Assembly (NCBI GenBank): GCA_958409415.1
Contig: CATYMO010000002.1
Location: forward strand, 17,547 to 81,546
Reading direction: 5' to 3'
Source: an uncultured Eggerthella sp.
GTDB lineage: Bacteria; Actinomycetota; Coriobacteriia; Coriobacteriales; Eggerthellaceae
Length of the DNA stretch: 64,000 nt
In this document: piece by piece, positions 60,293 to 64,000 of the stretch
Layout of the letters: each line of letters begins with the position of its first letter
How positions within the stretch are numbered: the first letter of the stretch is position 1
Program-made: the position numbers and the translations under genes
Notes under the pieces: generated by a model
What the model was told of the DNA's origin: nothing
Seen by the model: the letters and a program-made list of their open reading frames with translations, nothing else
Databases searched by the model: none

Positions 60293-60301
60293 GCGCTTGC
60301 G

Positions 60302-61786
60302 ATGACCTTTTCGTCGAACGAACGTTTCGATTCCGCTTCGGACGTGCCAGCTGAAGAGCGGCCCGTCAATGAACGCAAGGCACTCAGCGTTTCAGCAGCG
60401 CTCAATATCGCAAAATCGATCATCTCTGAAAACGCCTTCCATATCGTGGGCGAGGTGAGCGAGCTCAATCAGAAGCCTGGCTACAAGGCGGTCTACTTCA
60501 CGATCAAGGACGAGAACTCGGCGCTACCGTGTCTTATGTGGATGAACCGCTACAAGAGTGCCGGAGTTCCGCTCCGCTTAGGTGCGCGTGTTGAAGTGGT
60601 GGGCAAGTTCACGATATTCACGCCGAAGGGGCGTATGAATTTCGATGTGTCTTCGCTCAAGCTCGCTGGTGAAGGAGATCTGCGCGCGCAAGTTGCTAAA
60701 CGCGCGCTCATGCTGAAGAACGAAGGCCTGATGGATCCTGCGCGTAAGCGCAGCGTGGTTGCGTATCCTGCTACGATCGGTCTTGTCACCTCTCCGCGTG
60801 GAGCTGCTGTGCATGATGTTCTGCGCACGCTGCGCCGTCGCTATCCGCTTGTGAAGATACTCTTCGCGGGCGTTCCGGTAGAAGGGAAGCAGGCTGCTGC
60901 CGATCTTATCTCGGGGCTTGAGACGGTCATTCGTGCGGGAGCTGAAGAAGTGCTGCTCGTACGCGGTGGTGGGTCCTTCGAAGACCTTATGCCGTTCAAC
61001 GATGAAGCGCTCGCACGCTTCATCGCGCAAAGCCCTGTGCCTATCATCACGGGTATCGGGCACGAGCCTGATACTTCGATCGCCGACATGGTCGCCGACG
61101 TGCGTGCTTCGACCCCAACAGCTGCAGCCGAAGCGGTCAGTCCGAGCCGTTTTGAGCTTTTGGAAGCGCTCGATTCGTTCGGCGCACGTATGAGCCAGGT
61201 CTTCTTGCACCGCATCGAACGCTCGATCAACTACGTGAATGCTTTTGAGAACCGTCCGCTCTTTAGGGATGCGCACTATCTCTATGCCAACGATCTTCAG
61301 TGGCTCGATCATACGCAGGCGCGTTTGGAAGGTGCGCTTGGGCGTTTTGGAGAAGCGGATAAGGTTAAGCTCGAAGGTGTGGGGCTGCGTCTTACGAGCG
61401 CGCTTCCACATATGATCGCCTCACAGCTTCAATCGCTCGATCAGCTGGCGCGCACCTTTGCTACGAGCCTCGATGCCCAGTTCACCGCGCGCAACCATGA
61501 CCTGTCGCTCTATGATCTAGCGATGGCGAACACGGGCAAGACCGTGCTCGAGCGCTTCTTCAATCAAGCAGCCCTGGCGAGCGCACGGCTGAATGACCTT
61601 TCACCACTGGGAGCGCTTGCGCGTGGTTGGTCGATCACAAAGGATGCTTCAGGCGCGCTGGTGAAGAGCATCGAAGGCGTTAAGCCGAATGATAGGCTGT
61701 CGATCCAAGTGTCGGATGGCGTTATCGATTGCGCGGTTGCTGCTACGCATGAAGAGGTCATCATCGAATTCGGAGAGACGAACTGA
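60302..61786 (+). CDS. xseA: Exodeoxyribonuclease VII large subunit
   Basis: N-terminal OB fold and conserved catalytic core (PxxIGLVTSPxGAAxxD); followed by xseB. Confidence 0.85.
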   Translation: MTFSSNERFDSASDVPAEERPVNERKALSVSAALNIAKSIISENAFHIVGEVSELNQKPGYKAVYFTIKDENSALPCLMWMNRYKSAGVPLRLGARVEVVGKFTIFTPKGRMNFDVSSLKLAGEGDLRAQVAKRALMLKNEGLMDPARKRSVVAYPATIGLVTSPRGAAVHDVLRTLRRRYPLVKILFAGVPVEGKQAAADLISGLETVIRAGAEEVLLVRGGGSFEDLMPFNDEALARFIAQSPVPIITGIGHEPDTSIADMVADVRASTPTAAAEAVSPSRFELLEALDSFGARMSQVFLHRIERSINYVNAFENRPLFRDAHYLYANDLQWLDHTQARLEGALGRFGEADKVKLEGVGLRLTSALPHMIASQLQSLDQLARTFATSLDAQFTARNHDLSLYDLAMANTGKTVLERFFNQAALASARLNDLSPLGALARGWSITKDASGALVKSIEGVKPNDRLSIQVSDGVIDCAVAATHEEVIIEFGETN

Positions 61787-61827
61787 TCCGTTTTGATTCG
61801 TAGGGTTTGGCCCTGTAAGGAGAGATT

Positions 61828-62076
61828 ATGGCAAACGAAGAGATCACCCTCACATTCCGTGAAGCGATGAATGAGCTCTCTGCGATCGTAGAGGCGCTCG
61901 AGAGTAATACGCTCGAGCTTGAAGAGAGCCTTGTGAAATACGAGCGCGGGGTCGCGCTTCTGCGCTATCTTAAATCGAGCCTCGCCGATGCGCAGCAAAA
62001 GGTCGAGGTGCTCATGGGTGAGCTTGATACGAACATCGACGATACGCAAACCGACACAGAACTTTCCAAGGCTTGA
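61828..62076 (+). CDS. xseB: Exodeoxyribonuclease VII small subunit
   Basis: 82-aa coiled-coil protein with FEEAMxELExIVxxLE-like N-terminus immediately downstream of xseA. Confidence 0.8.
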   Translation: MANEEITLTFREAMNELSAIVEALESNTLELEESLVKYERGVALLRYLKSSLADAQQKVEVLMGELDTNIDDTQTDTELSKA

Positions 62077-62216
62077 TCCCACCTGATAGGTGCGGGGTGT
62101 TCCGTTCGGGTTGCGTGCGCAGCCGTCCACCCAGTCACCGATAAAGCCATCGTGCGTTAAGAAGCCCTCCAAGGTCAGAACGTATAATTATTCAAAGGCT
62201 TTCGGAAGGAGTTTCG

Positions 62217-63467
62217 TTGAAAACCCTCGTTATCAATGCAGGATCTTCGTCGCTCAAGTATCAACTCGTCGATCTCAATTCCAATAAGGTGCTTGCGCGC
62301 GGTTTGTGCGAGCGCGTCGGTTCTCCCGATGCTTTCCGCAAGCATCGTGTTGACGATAATGAGGTTTTGATCGAGGAACCTCTGAAAGATCACACTGAAG
62401 CACTCAAGCTCGTCATTGATTCCCTTCTTTCTGGGGACGATCCGGTCATCGCATCGCTCGACGAGATCAGCTCGGTTGGGCATCGTGTCGTGCATGGTGG
62501 CGAATACTTCGATCGCTCGGCCTTCATCGATGATGACGTTATCGCAAAGATCGAAGAGCTGGCAGAACTTGCTCCGCTTCACAACAAGGCTGCGGTCGCT
62601 GGCATCAGAGCATGCCAAGAGCTCATGCCGGACACCCCGCAAGTGGCGGTGTTCGACACAGCCTTCTTCCAGACCATGCCGGCAAAAGCATATATATACC
62701 CGATCCCGTACGAATACTACGAGAAGTACGGCATTCGCAAATATGGGTTCCATGGTACGTCCCATAGGTATCTTTCCGAACGTGCCGCTGCGATCCTTGG
62801 TGAAGACTTGAGCGATCTTCGCATCATCACTTGCCATTTGGGCAATGGTTGTTCGATCACGGCAGTCGATCACGGTATCCCGGTCGATACTTCGATGGGC
62901 TTCACGCCGCTCGATGGCCTTATGATGGGTACGCGTTCGGGTTCGATCGACCCTGCGATCGTAACGTTTCTGATGGAGCACGAAGGGCTCTCTACAGAAG
63001 AGGTCAACGATGTGCTCAACAAGAAATCGGGTCTTTTGGGCGTTTCTGGTATCAGCAACGATCTTCGTATGGTGCGCGACGCTTCGAATGCGGGCGATGA
63101 ACGTGCGATCCTCGCGTACGAGATGTATTCATCGATCTGCAAGAAATATATCGGGCAGTATCTCGCGCTCATGTCGGGCGCAGATGCCATCGTGCTCTCT
63201 GCGGGTGTAGGCGAGAATTGCCAGAAGATGCGTCGTATGATCTTCTCCGGTTTCCAGCCTCTCGGCATCATCCTCGATCCCGAAAAGAACAAGCAGCGTG
63301 GTTTCGAACGTATCATCTCGACCGATAATTCAGATGTGACCATCATCGTCATCCCGACCGATGAGGAATACATGATCGCGCGCGACACGTACGAGATCGT
63401 GCATGAAGCTTCACAGATCATCCCTGTTTCATCTGTTCAGGATGAATTCAGCACTGAGGGGCGCTAA
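62217..63467 (+). CDS. ackA: Acetate kinase
   Basis: LVINAGSSSLKYQL N-terminal phosphate-1 motif and C-terminal ASKHA motifs; TTG start with GGAAGGAG RBS. Confidence 0.9.
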   Translation: MKTLVINAGSSSLKYQLVDLNSNKVLARGLCERVGSPDAFRKHRVDDNEVLIEEPLKDHTEALKLVIDSLLSGDDPVIASLDEISSVGHRVVHGGEYFDRSAFIDDDVIAKIEELAELAPLHNKAAVAGIRACQELMPDTPQVAVFDTAFFQTMPAKAYIYPIPYEYYEKYGIRKYGFHGTSHRYLSERAAAILGEDLSDLRIITCHLGNGCSITAVDHGIPVDTSMGFTPLDGLMMGTRSGSIDPAIVTFLMEHEGLSTEEVNDVLNKKSGLLGVSGISNDLRMVRDASNAGDERAILAYEMYSSICKKYIGQYLALMSGADAIVLSAGVGENCQKMRRMIFSGFQPLGIILDPEKNKQRGFERIISTDNSDVTIIVIPTDEEYMIARDTYEIVHEASQIIPVSSVQDEFSTEGR

Positions 63468-63568
63468 ACGTTTCGGATCTTCGATCTTCTTATCAAAACA
63501 CTGTGCACCAAACGAGCGATCGGGCGAGCTTCATGTGCTCTCACCTGATCAGAAAGCGAGTCGTTCCA

Positions 63569-64000
63569 ATGTCAAAAGGCGCTTATGCACTCACTACGCC
63601 TATCTACTATGTAAATGCAGCTCCGCACCTGGGAACCGCCTACACCACGATCGCAGCTGATGCGCTCGCGCGTTATGAGCGTATGAATGGCTATGATGTT
63701 TCGTTCGTTACCGGTATGGATGAACATGGCCAAAAGGTCGCAGACACGGCTGCCGCTCACGATATGGAGCCGCAGGAGTGGTGCGATTCGATGGAGCCTG
63801 CATTCCGCGATGCATGGGACATGCTCGATATCACCTACACCGATTTCGTGCGTACCACCGAACCGCGTCACGCTGAGACCGTGCGCAAGTTCTGGAACGA
63901 TCTGTATGAAAAAGGCTTTCTGTATAAGGGAGCCTATGAAGGTTGGTACTGCGTTCACGAAGAAACCTACTACGCTGAATCCGACCTCGAGAAGAACGAG
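63569..64000 (+). CDS. metG: Methionine--tRNA ligase, 3'-truncated at the window edge
   Basis: TTPIYYVNAAPHLGTAYT (HLGT variant of HIGH) class I N-terminus; open to the end of the window. Confidence 0.85.
   Translation, partial: MSKGAYALTTPIYYVNAAPHLGTAYTTIAADALARYERMNGYDVSFVTGMDEHGQKVADTAAAHDMEPQEWCDSMEPAFRDAWDMLDITYTDFVRTTEPRHAETVRKFWNDLYEKGFLYKGAYEGWYCVHEETYYAESDLEKNE

Overview
This is a 64 kb chromosomal window from a high-GC Gram-positive anaerobe. Gene content and the conserved uvrC-rapZ-yvcK-whiA-gap-pgk-tpi…secG block point to Actinomycetota, most likely class Coriobacteriia. The window is densely coding and mostly on the + strand.

Main contents, in order:
- Nt 1877-7302: a complete six-gene energy-converting group 4 [NiFe] hydrogenase operon (echABCDEF). 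Both [NiFe] large-subunit motifs are readable directly in the sequence.
- Nt 10607-18429: an aromatic 2-oxoacid module with mirrored architecture, paaK–ACT–[dacB, FHA]–iorA–iorB–ACT–paaK.
- Nt 22600-28065: a lower-GC segment beside tRNA-Gly/tRNA-Pro carrying a divergent second copy of a gene pair (shikimate-dehydrogenase-like plus Gfo/Idh/MocA oxidoreductase) and a LysR regulator. The host-GC copy of the pair sits directly downstream.
- Nt 40200-50354: a core glycolysis and cell-cycle block.
- Nt 53933-55958: an opine-dehydrogenase-family plus Asp/Glu/hydantoin-racemase-family two-gene module, next to an orphan MetQ lipoprotein and a LysR regulator.
- Scattered elsewhere: metal-homeostasis transporters (CopA, CDF, TerC), eleven tRNA genes in four clusters, and an argF-argS-gdhA group.
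- Absent: CRISPR arrays, transposases, integrases and phage genes.

The many long minus-strand ORFs lying antisense to clear + strand genes are treated as high-GC artefacts. The most interesting candidates for unexplored biology are the IOR/PaaK/ACT module next to the Ech hydrogenase (a possible ferredoxin loop), the xenologous cyclitol-type oxidoreductase pair, the ODH/racemase-family pair, a VanW/G5 surface protein with a 230-aa Arg/Ser-rich disordered tail, and the histone-like Lys/Ala-rich C-terminal tails on two Ech subunits.
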